This document shows, piece by piece, positions 23,071 to 35,621 of a stretch of DNA of 35,834 nt. The stretch comes from Dicyema japonicum. Lineage: Eukaryota > Animalia > Dicyemida. The notes beneath the pieces are model-generated. The model did not search any database. It was given only the letters and a program-made list of their open reading frames with translations, and was not told where the DNA came from. Position numbers and translations under genes: made by a program. The stretch's first letter is position 1, and every line of letters starts with the position of its first letter. The stretch lies in contig RDEW01000110.1 in NCBI GenBank assembly GCA_011109175.1, forward strand, positions 1 to 35,834. The letters are read 5' to 3'.

Positions 23071-23919
23071 AGCTTCCGCCAGAAAAATTTTATTTAATTG
23101 TCCCATTTATAACAATATGTAGTTATCTCCCCATTTTATTATTAATGGTAAAGTTCCACATTATATAAGGAAGTCTTCCAAATATTGAATGAAACAGTAA
23201 TATTACTCGAAATAGTGCAGAATGATGCATACATTGTAATTAACAAAATATTTGTCGAATATTTTGTTAATAGCCTTCACACTATTAAGAGATGTTAAAT
23301 TCGAATATTTCAAAAATAATGAATTGAAGAAATAACAAGCTTTAAATAGGACAGAGCATATGAACGTGTACCAATATATATTTATTCAAAGTACGGTTTG
23401 CCATATTAAATAATTTTTTTAAATAAATATTTATTTTGATTAAATATAATTAATTAACAACACGTGAATTTTATTTTATCTCGATTTTTATAAAAATTTG
23501 TTTTTTTTCCTCCGAAGACTTGAAGATAATAAAATACTACAACGGCCCCCTCCTCCAAAAGACAAATCAGAATCTTTTTTCCAAGGAACGTCCGATTAAA
23601 CCTGGCTTGTCTACGGAGTGGGCACCACCCTTATCTACCAACGAACGATATCGTCTCTCCCTTTTGAAACCTCTACGTGTTGACAACAAATCACCCATTT
23701 GAATGTCATGAATTAGTCTACAATGCCGGAACTGACCGATCTATGGGAGCGAACAGCATTTGCTGCGTCCTTTTTAATAGCTGCTTTCTTCCTACAAGTT
23801 AGAGGCCGGAGTTACTTAACCAACTAACTTTTTTTTTTAATTAGCTAACCGCTTGGTATTCTTTCTGGTGAAGGCTTAATGAACTTACCTTCTCCTACGC
23901 TTCGGAGGAATACCCAAGC

Positions 23920-24170
23920 ATGTTTTTCCTGAAAATCTCACAGCTCAACGTTAATGGTATCAAATCGACTATTATTAAGTATGACCTATCAATTGTGGGT
24001 ATTCTATTAGAAGAATGCAGACTGCCAAACAACAGACCATAGCATCGAAAAATAGCCGCTCTGGTTCATACCGAGAGGTTACTCTTCCAAATTCAACAAT
24101 CTCGAACTCCTCGACACATAATTATCTCCAGGGACTTGAACCCATGAAGGATCTTAGAATTTTTGTCAAT
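23920..24170 (+). mobile_element. Decayed APE endonuclease of a LINE
   Basis: MFFLKISQLNVNGIKS...ILLEECRL...IIISRDLN (APE motifs NVNG, LQET, GDFN) with a stop and deletions. Confidence 0.5.
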
Positions 24171-24377
24171 CAGCGATGTACCCAAATCCACCTAAACCCT
24201 AAAGCTCAGCCAAATGTTGTTCCACGTTTTAAAAGGGGCGGTATATTAAGTTGAAATGTTCTTTAAGACAATAATTGGAGGCGAAATTATGCTTCAACTT
24301 CCAAAAGACAGTAACCATTCCCAGATGCTCCTCATGTTATTGTCCTACCAGAGAGTTTCAAAGCCGTACGTTTCCAA

Positions 24378-24918
24378 ATTTGGCAATTGCTCTTTAGCCG
24401 TCTTCCCGACCACTCCATATATTTTAAAGGCGATCGACACAAAGCGGAATTAATCTCCCAAGAGGTTTACCTCAAATTAGAGGGACTTGAGTAGCTTTTC
24501 CATTCTTATGACGCACAGTCAACCTTGTGGTTATTTGAAGGGATAGTTGAGTTGGTGACTTAACTCTGGCGTACTCTAGTAAATTTAATGTATTTATCTT
24601 CCAATGTTAATGTAGCCTATCGTCCCCCTTCTTAGACACGTGAGATTNATTTGGCAATTGCTTTTTAGCCGTCTTCCCGACCACTCCATATGTTTTAAAG
24701 GCGATCGACATAAAACGGAATTAATCTCCCAAGAGGTTTACCTCAAATTTGAGGGACTTGAGTAGCTTTTCCATTTTATGACGCACAGTCAACCTTGTGG
24801 TTAGTTGAAGGGATAGTTGAGTTGGTGACTTAACTCTGGCGTACTATAGTAAACTTAATGTACTTATCTTCCCAATGTTAATGTAGCCTATCGTCCCCCT
24901 TCTTAGACACGTGAGATT
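24378..24918. repeat. ~270-bp duplication joined by a single n (24648)
   Basis: Near-identical copies with SNPs and 1-bp indels. Confidence 0.9.
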
Positions 24919-24991
24919 GAACTTTCGAAATAACTAACAACACAATGACTGTATATAGCATCACTAATAAATAAATGGTTCTCAACAAATA

Positions 24992-25973
24992 GACTAAATC
25001 GTATTCTTAGAATCACATATCGACTAGGCCACCCCCAAGTGGTCTAGAATTGTCCTCTATGCGATCGCCAACCATATAGCATGTAATAATAGACATTTTG
25101 TTAACTCTAAAAAGTGCAGAATTCTCAGAGAGTATAGATAGTAATCACCAAATCATACGGCAATTCCAGACATCATTGAATTTATGCATTTTTTAACAAT
25201 CTAAATACAGACTATAGCATTAACATAAAATTAGACAATCAAGCAAAATTATTAATAAATCCAAACCACCACAAGAAACAACGTGGTGAAAAATCTAATT
25301 TTATTTATATAAATAATTAACTGTTTAAATTTAGATTTTATTTATTAAATTGATTTTCCTCTTCTTTTTGGCTCCTGGGACCTTCAATTGTTAACCTGCT
25401 TCATGTAGTTTATAATCCCTGGTTGCGCCAGATATAATCCTAAATTATATCCAAAAAGGACCATTAGTCAACAACCATCCAAGGAGATCCCCTGGATGGC
25501 ACTTCGTTCAAGTCCGAGCATGCAAAGATTGCTGAGGGAAACCGGGATCACCAGAATTTTTTTTAATTTGGCTATAACGGTGTTTTTTGGTTCAATAAAT
25601 TTAAAATTAAAAAAAGATGGTTTTCTGTAAGATCTATCTAAATGTTGACACATTTGCTTGACTGCCTGTTTATCAATTAAACCTTTTTCGGATCCGGACC
25701 ACCAATGAATCTAAGAGAGTTGTGGAAGCGCTAGCACTCTCAACTGGACGCTTGATGCTAGCATGCCTTTAACGTTTTAGTGAAGTCGGGGTAACTAACT
25801 AACTCTTTATCTATCAATCCATCTGAAAATACTCATGAAAAGGAACTATTCTGTTTGATATCAGTAATTTGAAGTTTTTTGCTATTTTATTGCTGGAGAA
25901 TTTTCGGCTATAAGTTTATACATTCAGAGGACATCAAAGAGGTTGGACTCTTGCGGAAAATTGTCGGGGACCG
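24992..25973 (-). repeat. Second copy of the snoRNA-bearing dispersed block
   Basis: Reverse-complement matches to 10324-11406 as listed for that block. Confidence 0.75.
25120..25182 (-). ncRNA. Second copy of the SNORD65/snR77-like C/D snoRNA
   Basis: 60/63 nt identical to 11211-11273; all boxes, the stem and the D' guide are unchanged, and the 3 differences lie between C' and D. Confidence 0.85.
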
Positions 25974-27545
25974 ATTGCAGACGATCTGGACGAAATCAGA
26001 AGGCGAGCAAAACGATGAAATGGTTGGAGAAGGCTAACGGCAAGAAAAGTCGAAACATATCTTAAATACCTGCCAGAATATGAATTGAGTCAATATCCAA
26101 TAAAAAGCAATGTAAGATTTCAGTCCTCGAACTTTTTTCTCTCCCTCATCAGCCTTATATGAAACTACAAAAGAATGTTTTTAAACATTAAATGTAGCGT
26201 TCCGGTAAGACTAAGCATCAACTTCTGCTTTTTTGAATAATACTAACTTCAGCGGCAAGTTTATACAAGAAATTATCGCGTAAAATAACGTAACTGTGGT
26301 ATATTAATATTGGTGGTCCAGTCACGTGGTTTACGGTTTTAATGATCAAAAAATGCTATCAGAGTAGGTTTTCTGACTACGCAACACCAAAGACTCCCAT
26401 CTTCCTTTTAAATAATGATGCTTTTCATACGAATTTCGCCAGTACCCAGCATAGTCCCTCACTCTTGTAGACTACGAAAGAACGTAACTACCAAATGCTG
26501 ACACTTTCATTAATTTTGGCTGTCCAGTGCGCTAGTTTACAATTTTAATGATCCAATTCTTTGGCCAAAAGAGGTCCTTTAGGAAATGAAAGTTACGTCA
26601 TCTCTTCAACTATCAAAAGCGCACTTAAAAATTATTAACAATCAGGGAGATTTTTTTTTAATTTTAAAAATTTATTAACAACAAAATATTATTTATTAAC
26701 TATGGGGGAGAGCGGCTGCTGATTAAAAGTTATTTTTTCAAAACGACAGAACCAGCAATCAATTTTTGATCCTGTCAAACCTTAACTCGTGGACTAGTCT
26801 CTCATGATCCTTCCCTGGCTAAGCAAACCATGCTGCTAGTAACCGATAATCTTCTTGTGAGCATTACTCTGGATTACCTCAGACACCAGATTCTTTACGG
26901 TTTTTTATTGATTCTAACGTGGAGGGTTGGCGCATCAGAGGTGGTGATCTTTAGTCAAATTGAAGGGCAGCTAGTTGGCTTATCATCATTTTGATATAGA
27001 TGCTTCAAAAATTCAATTATCCAAGACTAGATGTTTTTGAAAAGATGGGAACATTACTTTAGAAGACTTACTTTTGACTATGAAAAAATCATTGTGAAGA
27101 ATACTAATGTGATCCCGCCACGCGCTAGTAGAGACCTCATCTTGGGCCGATGTTTTTTCCTAGAGTACATGCGATCACCTATCTCACGTATAACCGTATG
27201 TTCGTAGTCGAGCTGCCACGCTCCTCTATTCATACAGATTAAAGATTTTTGAAACATTAAAGAGGAGACTTATCCCGAGTACATCTTGAGTCCCTCTTCC
27301 TAGCTAGCTTTGATTTCCATCAATTCGTCAAAAAATAAATAAACCCCAGGAGGCGTATGCCTATAAAATACATGGCTCGATCCACTCCTCGTAGATGTTT
27401 CCAGGATGATTCTATAAAAAATGGGGGACAGTCGTATTTCTATAAAACGTCACAGGGATGCCTTCATAACGAGAACCTGAGTACAAATACACGTCTGTGC
27501 GTTTAATAACTTTTTCATTTCACTTTAAATAACAGACATTCACAG

Positions 27546-28610
27546 TCAATAATAGTCTATTTTATCAACTTCAAACTTTCTCAAAGCAGTCCTAGCAAAC
27601 TCTACAATAAGCACACACCAACCATTAACTCTCCTCAAGGAAATATTAGCAAATCTCATTTTCAGTAAGAAAAACATATGGATCAACTGACTTTTAGACT
27701 TGGTGGGGATATGATCCCTCGATATCACCTCCCAGTCTATCTCCTGCTCAGTAGCCCACTCACCATCAGCCAATCTACCATGTGATCTGAAAGAGTACAT
27801 GCTGAGCAGCTGCTTCTGCACGTGTCCCATAAATCGACGTCTTTTGGAGTAGTCAATACGGAATTTGAGGGACTTGTGCCACAGATTCCTACACTGGTGG
27901 TAATTTCGCCACGGCACGTGCTTCGAAACGCTCTCCCACGACACCGGACCAGGTTCGACCTTATCCAGGGCATCCATGAGTGCTTCCTTTTCCTGAGGAC
28001 TCCACTTCCCACTAACTAGAGATTATAACACAAGGACCTACCTTTGGGCATGGCCAACTCGAACTTCCTGCAGTGATCATGCACACTTTTGGCTGAGCGG
28101 CCCACAATCTCACCGATCAACTCGAATTTATTCCCATAGTCCTTTCTGAGAGCCCAAATTAGCTGGTCGTCCTCTTCTGTGAATTTTTGTCCTCGTCGGG
28201 GGGCCAATATAGTGTACTTTACTTTGTTGAAAATAGAGAACAGAGATCTGTCAATTTTCCGTCCTGAAATAAAATTCACATGGAACCGAGCTTTGAGTAG
28301 TATTTGGAAGTCGAAGACATCCAGTTTGTGGGTCTTGGCTTCTCTAAGCAGAGAAGACTGGCGTAGTCAAAGTTTTTCTGGGTTTGAGAGTAAACGATAC
28401 TCTGCAGAACTTCTTCCAGTTTTTGAAAAAGGTTTGTTCCTCTTTAGAATCCCACAGACCAGTCCTGATAAGAATTCCATCATTTTTTAATTGTTGCCTC
28501 TCTTGTTTTTTAATCTTCCTTACCACAGGAAATGCCTGATGGATTCTCTTCCAGTTTGGAACAGGTTTATCCTTGTCTATTTGATTTTTGAGGAGATTTA
28601 TACCTGGCAT
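27546..28610 (-). CDS. Myb/SANT-repeat protein, TTF1/DMTF1 (Reb1)-like
   Basis: IRTGLWDSKEE...NWKKF, GQKFTEEDDQLI...YGNKFELIGEIVGRSAKSVHD, GKWSPQEKEALMDA...VSWESVSKHVPWRNYHQCRNLW, IDWE. Obligatory introns of 23, 23 and 26 nt; possibly two more in-frame (24, 21). Confidence 0.8.
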
Positions 28611-30439
28611 AAAAAGTGCAACAAAACGTGTTTAGAATTCAAATTTGATTAAATTATTTGTTTTTTATTATAACAAAATTATGAATTAAACTTTTTTTTT
28701 ATTTTTAAATAATAATAATCACTTAAAAATAATTTTTTTTAATTCTACTTAAAAAAATTCATGGGCTAATGGAGTTTCAATATCCAATTTGTACAAGATC
28801 AATTCCCTAACAGCCAAATTGGTACGTCTAACAAATCTACATGCCGATCTTTCCCCCAAGTGCTTGACCACGCCTCAATCGAAAACAACGGCTCCGATTT
28901 CATCGGTCTGTGTGATCACGAAACAAGTCGTTTATTATTAACGTCTACAAGCCTCAAATACACGTAAATTGGGAAAAAACCCACCCCTCTTCAAGTTTTA
29001 ATTAAAGGTGATTGTCGTCGATACAGGAAAGCCGTGAGTACTCTGGAGGAACATAGTGGACTACTCCACTATGGACGCTTTTCGATTCCATTGACAGTCA
29101 AGGACGATTCTCCCAATTGACCTGGGCGAAGAGCGTCAAAGCATTGAAAGACTTCTCAGAGAGATGACTTTGATAAGCTATATGAACTTTCATAAGGCAG
29201 TAAGAAATAGAGGAGATTTAGATTTTTCAGATAGGATATGGTTAAGATTTGAACCCTTTTTCTTATCGATAGACATATTTGAGATCTTCCTACGAAATTA
29301 AAATTCAGAATGACGCATCATTGGTTCCTTGTAACCAAAAGTTCCCATGTCCAATATCTCTTGAGAGCAAGAAGCTGAAGGAGAGGTGCATTCACATTTA
29401 GGAGATAAAGACATTAAGTGTACTAGATCTGTCACAGTGCATCAGAGATGTGTCACCAGCTCAACCATCCGTCAATTCCCATCAGACTGTCTCATGTTTA
29501 GCCCAGTTTTGGAGGAAAATAAACTGGATTAACACTTGAATGAATGAAGTTATTCCAAAGGCCAAGGGTAAAACCAAACTAACTAAACCCGTGATCCTGA
29601 CGCATTCCATTAGAGCCCTCATCTAGGCACAGTGATCCATAAGATATTGTCCGGGTAATAGACGCCGAAGCCAGAATTCGTCGCTAAGGATAAAAAAACT
29701 ACAAAATTATAATTATTTATACCCTAAGATTTAATTGGTAGGCTATCGAGATCAAACCGAAGAGCCACCGGATTTAGAACGTCAAGGCTTCCGAATGTGC
29801 TTGATGTCTAAATTCACGTTTTATTTAAAAAGTGAATGTTTTGTTAAATGTAAGTTCTATTTTTTCGTTGGAAGGACTGACCTGAAAGAAGAGCATCTTG
29901 TTTCGTTGGACATTGACAATGATTGTAATCTTTTCCCATCTAAACCTTTGAGAACTTGAGTTTTCTTGGAATTTCGGAATGGGGACCTCAACATGAGAGA
30001 ATGTCTCAACTACCATCAGAATCCAGCCTTTTAACTTCTCCCATTACAATTTTTACGATATTATTTTAATGAAATTCGTTGGTGAAATAAACACATTTCA
30101 TTGTTTTTCCTTAAAAGTTTATTTTTGGTTTAATCTTATTTAGTTTATTGTTTCATTTTTTACATTTAGCTTTAGGTTCGATTCCCACATTGGTACATAT
30201 CTGGTCGTTGGATTTCGTTCTCTTTTTTAATTCCTAGGAGACCTTATAGAATCCACCTAACTCAGGAAACGCCGAATGCTCGGCCATTTAAAAAGAGTCA
30301 TCCCTTCCCGACTCCAGTGAAGGGATTCCCAAGTTTGTGGATATGGAATGGAAAGGAATTAGATATATAACATCATCTCCTCCTCTCTGACCGTGGGAAT
30401 TAGATATACAACATCTCCTCTTCTTGTTCTTGTCAATAA

Positions 30440-32100
30440 CAATCTCTTGTAGTCAATCTAAGTTTTCTCATCTCTGAGACACCTTCAAATTTTTTTGAAT
30501 TACCTTGCAGGACCATCAGTTGATTGGTCCTTGGTCGTCCACGTAATCAGAATGCGTCGAAGAAGAAATCCTCCATGGCCACATCAGGCGATATATGTCC
30601 TGATGACTTCCATCGAGTTCTGTGATTTCAATCGAACACCACATCCTCTCGTACACGGTTCTGTCTAATATTCTGGAGCTCCCTCAGCTGAACAATATTT
30701 GTCTCAGTTGTGTTAAGTAGTGAGTCCAGCTTTTGTGAATCTGTCTCTGAGCAGGCCCAAGTGCTCGTGTTGTATGGCACATGCGTAGCCAATGCATTAG
30801 TTGGGGTTACGAAATCGAAGATATAGGCATGATAATAATCTTCTTGGGCTCCCTGCTGTCGTATTGAATGGTTTGGATGGCATTTTCTCAATTCTGATTG
30901 AAAGTTCACTAACGAAGTTTCCAATTATTTCATAGTCTCGGTCGATTGACGGAATCAAAGACTCTTGACATTGATTGCTTGGAATGTGGTCACCGTTTTG
31001 AATCTTTATACAGTCCTTTCATACAACAAGGTGAAGATCTTCCAATTTGGAAGTCGTTTTTGTATGTCGAACCTTGTTTCGTGGGAGCGGGAGAGCCCTC
31101 TAGTTTGAATCTTGCTGATGTACATTCTGTCTGAATGGTTCATTAATCTACGATGTTTCATGGTTTGACGAGTGACTCCATCCAAGATTCTCGTCCACTT
31201 CGGATAAGACCCTCCTCATATTGGTATGGGGTACATAGCTCTTTCCTTTTAATCCAGTGATCCTGGGATAATAATAGATGACGTAATCATCATAGTAATT
31301 CTCTGCGTAACCAGATTGTCTACATGCACTCACACGCAACCCAAAGAAGTTAAAACATCTCTTGGCCTCTTATCAACGATTAGTTACTGTTCTTTCTCTA
31401 AAATATAGTATGATAAACATATGAGGGGCTATAAGTATTATCATTCTCGTGAAAGTGCGGTTATTATATGACCTCGCTAATGGAAAAGTCATTGGTTGAG
31501 AAATAATCGTCAATGTATTAAGTCTAACAGGAAATACGAGTTAATGAAATTCTATCACCACAATTGTTAGGAGTGTCCATCGAAAGCAGCATAAAAATAA
31601 TAAAAACAATGCTTTCAGAGAGCAACTTGTCAATACAAAAAAATGACCGTGGATTCGTATGGTTCTTATAAGAACAAAGGGATCCACCATGTTCATCCGC
31701 ATCACAATCAGAAATTGGGCGATTCCTCCTCAGACATTTGTCATTGACTTAGTGTGTAGTCTCAAGCGCAGTTCCTCGATGAGCACATGATGATAAGGAG
31801 AACCAAGATCACCGGGAGCATCTATTTGTCATTCTAGAGGAGACGTCATAAAGACACGTGTGAGATTGAAGCATTCCGACTATACACTCTTGACCTAGGG
31901 GGAGATACGACAACACAATTATAATTGGTAATTAGATTTTCAGTTATTGGAAACCTGGATATTGAATGGAAGGTGGTATTAAGTGGGTTCAAGAGTGTGT
32001 TTTTGCCCAGAGGAACCAAATCGGTATTTTTGAATTTAACTTTAAAAGCTCTGAAGAAAACAGTAAAATTAATGATTGAACATTCAGGTCTCATAATAAC
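30440..32100 (-). mobile_element. Decayed RTE-like non-LTR retrotransposon (RT and C-terminus)
   Basis: In order: DLVPLGK...HSISRF (RT start), YYDDYVI (YADD-like), PYNTSTWACSETDSQKLDSL...LRELQNI, RGRPRT. Confidence 0.55.
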
Positions 32101-32382
32101 GGAATCTAGATAGTTGGGGTTACGAAATCAAACATCCATAAAAACGATCGTGTTGATCCGAATAGGACCATTGAAGATAAGTGGATCTTGCAAAAATTTT
32201 TAACTGTTATCTCTCAGTAAGAAGTAGTTCTCTTTTTTCCGAATACCTTTACAAATACAAGTTGAGACGATTGTCCCAGGATCAGCCAAAATTTACAAAT
32301 AGACAGCCAAAATTTATTTGAAAATTCAAAAATAAATAAAATTTATTTTAAAAAGTTTAAATTTTATTATTTTTATATCAGC

Positions 32383-32881
32383 TTAATCGTCCTTCGAGAC
32401 GAGTCCTTCAAATTTGAGCATCCTCGTCAATTCATCGTCATCTTCGTACTCCTTGGGAGGTTTATAGTTCTCCACGTGGTCCACTTTTATAGTCCGATTC
32501 AAAATCTGCGTAAAGTTAATGAAACAACGTATACTTGAATTCCATTAAAATTGTCCACTGCTAAATCGGTACTCCTCTGATCTTTATAGCAAATAAAACA
32601 GTATCCCATCGATTTGCCAGTCTTTCGGTCTCTTTTGAGGTTTATTGTTACAATTTCTCCGTACCTAGATCTTAGATTAAACTGATACTGGGAAAAGACG
32701 CATAGAATATCCCCCTCTGTAAGATCATATGAGAGGCCTCCAATGAATATCCAGGCACTCTTTCTGTATTGTTCATGCCAGGACGCTTTTCCGTGAATAT
32801 CTATGTTTTGCTCAGAGATCTTGTGTATATTCTTTACTTTACTGTTTAAATAAAACAGACAAGAAACCTTATGTGGCTCAT
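32383..32881 (-). CDS. RBMX2: RES-complex RRM protein RBMX2/Snu17, 4 exons, 139 aa
   Basis: MSHIS|KVKNI...SWHEQYRKSAWIFIGGLSYDLTEGDILCVFSQ|YGEIVTINLKRDRKTGKSMGYCFICYKDQRSTDLAVDNFNGIQ|ILNRTIKVDHVENYKPPKE. Introns of 26, 24 and 29 nt. Confidence 0.95.
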
Positions 32882-33947
32882 TCAAATTTAAAATATTAAA
32901 TTTTAAGTTTAAATTTTTATAATTAAATAATCTAATAAACTAATTTTTTTATTGTTAATTATTTTATTATCCCGTTTTAGTAATAATAACTAATTTGGCG
33001 TCAACGCAGAGACTTTCCTCCTTTTTAAATATGAGACTAAACTCCAGATCACGAGAAGGTGGCCCTGAAAATTCAGGCAGCCGTCCTGTACGTTCATGCG
33101 CGGGCACGAAGGAAGAACACCAAGCAAAAATGAGGTCTCTGTTAGAATGCATCTGGATCACGTGTTAATTAGCTTGGTTTTACCGTGGTCTTGGGTTAAA
33201 TAAAAAAGGAGAGTTACAGAGAACCATTTGACCATCTTTAATTTCTCAAAGAAGGGAAACTAGAAATTACATTTACATTGAGGTGATGAAGACATAAGTG
33301 TACTAAGGAAACTGTTCTTTAATTATTACACTACCTGGTCAACACTCGATTGTGGTGAGCAACACTGGAATATATATTATTACCCTAGGATTACCCGTTA
33401 AAAAAAGAGAAAGTTCCTGACTGACTAGGTGACCCCAGAAAACATGGGAAAAGTCTTTTCCGACGTGAACGAGAATCCTGGATTGTTCTCCAGAAAGGAC
33501 ATGTGTTTATCTGTATTTAGGACAGTTTTTTAAGTATTTGTTCATGGCTTCAAAGGGGGGACTTTAACAGAGTAGTCAACTTCACCATCTTCTGTCGTCG
33601 TCCAATCAAAACTGCTTTCAGAGTGGTGGACGTAAAGTTGCGACCGATAACTACTCTATTAGCTACTTCCTAAATCTCAGACAGTTTCAGAAAAGAGGAG
33701 CGAGAAATGGACATTGACCATGACTCACTTACTTAGGTCAATGTAAGTTGTACAAATTTCCGATAGACTGCGGAAGGTGCTCAGCGTTTCTTCTGAGAAG
33801 TTTTTGAGATTATCTTCCGGATCTTCAATGTCGTAAAAGAAATTATTATTTATTAAAAGTTAATTAAATTTTATTATCAAATGAAATAAAAAATGCGATT
33901 TTAAAATAATTAAATATTACCTAAATCTGGATTAAATTACCCTAATT

Positions 33948-35621
33948 ATGTCAGCTAAACCCACGGAAAAGTAATAAATTAATTTAACTAGTTATTGTCC
34001 TCATACTCACAGCGAAATAGACTTGCATGACGACTTTAATGTATATTCCCATATCCACCTATTAGATTCAACTAATCACCATTAATTCTTCGAGATCCCC
34101 CTTCGACGAGATATTCCTCGCAGTCAACAACAAGCAATATAAATGGATTGTTGTCAAGTCCTACGAGAATTTTTCCATTCTGCGAAAAACTCTCAAGGAA
34201 ACGTGTCTACCGATCTTTTCATACGGGAAATTTCCTCCTCTCAAAAGAAGTAACAAAAGGGGTGATTTCTCGGTACTTTTTTGACGTCACTCTAGAAAGT
34301 TCTACCAAATTTGTACTTTTTCCTGCTGAGAATGCGGATTTGCATTAAATTGGACAAATCCTGTTCGATTCTATTGCAGTTTATTAACGTTTCTATTTCT
34401 GTTAATTCAGATGTCCAACGAGGGGTTATTCGTCCCCCATTCCGCAGACATTAGGCTTCCCAAGATCTCCTTCTGCACGGCGTTAAGGAAGGTGGTCTGT
34501 GAGGAAGCCGAGGATTTAAGTTTTGAGGTACCTCACATTTCCAACCAAAGAAAGGGGACGTCATTTGCATAATCGACAAGTCCTCATTAGGTGATGGGGG
34601 GTGGCTCAGAGGGATCCGAACCAGCAATGGCTTCATCCCTTGGAACGAGGATCACGTGGAGGTTTCCTACTATAGTAACTGCTAGATTGGTCTCTTTGAG
34701 GAGGCTGAAGTCACTGTGCAGAGTAAACCAAAACCTCTCAGCTTAGTCAAGAGCCACAAAAATAGTGGAGGTGGTGAGCACGTGGATATTTTTAGTCTTC
34801 GTTAAAAAAATGGTGGCAAAAATGATGCATTTTTTTGTTATGAGACCAACAAGAGAAAACATCAGCATCATCGGGATCATCAAGAAGTCGTTTTTCGGCA
34901 CACCCTTAGAAGATATAAGTCCAGGTTATTTCTCAGAGATATTGTCCAGAGAAACTGATCACTTTCATTGAGAAATGTAGCAGTAACGTAGAGAAAAACG
35001 GAGTTATCAAAGGGATTTACCGTATTAGCGGAAGCGCCCGTGAAATTGAAGAACTGAAGTATAAATAAGCTTTTATTGAGAAATCGTATTGATGACTGGG
35101 ATTTGAGCTGCTTTGACGAAGATAAGAATATTCACAGCTTCTCTGAGCTCTTCAAAAAGTTCTTTCGAGACATTCCAGGATCTATCATCGGAATTGAATA
35201 TCACGAAGAAATCGTGTGTTTATTTTAAGCATTTCAGAAAGAAGCAATTTCAGACCCACAAACGTCGGATGATGAGAAATTTGAAAAGTTGAATATAATT
35301 TTACAAAATATTCCAGAAATAAATAAACAGTAAAATAAAATAATCAAATTAATATTTAGATTACTTTATAATCTATTTAAACATTTAAATTATATACTTT
35401 CTCAATCAGAGATGACGTGCATGGGTTTGGAAGATATTACCACTTTGTGGTGTTTTTCTGTCTTTAAGTATGCTGTAGGATTTTTATTTAGTAATTTGAA
35501 TGTGTTTGATGCACCTGATCCTACCGAATACATCAAAGTAATGGATCAGTATAGGAAAATTTTTAAGTTTTTTGTTGAACATTTTGAACAATTATTTAAT
35601 GACACTTTAACTTCTGATTAG
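33948..35621 (+). CDS. PX-SH3-RhoGAP, ARHGAP32/33 (RICS/TCGAP)-like, ending just after the GAP domain
   Basis: KWIVVKSYENFSIL (PX-like), LSFE|KGDVICIID...WLRG (SH3), FFGTPL...VEKNGVIKGIYRISG (arginine finger), LFKKFFRDIP, LFKHL. Eleven introns of 21-30 nt give 1413 nt in frame. Confidence 0.85.

Noticed and set aside
26330-27480. Gypsy-like scraps (KEDGSLWCC; VIPPRASRDLIL)
   Set aside because: Motifs are too short and degraded to support a feature call.
29052-29073. Perfect 9-bp hairpin CATAGTGGA-CTAC-TCCACTATG
   Set aside because: Isolated, with no second copy or context; one such stem in 35 kb is unremarkable.
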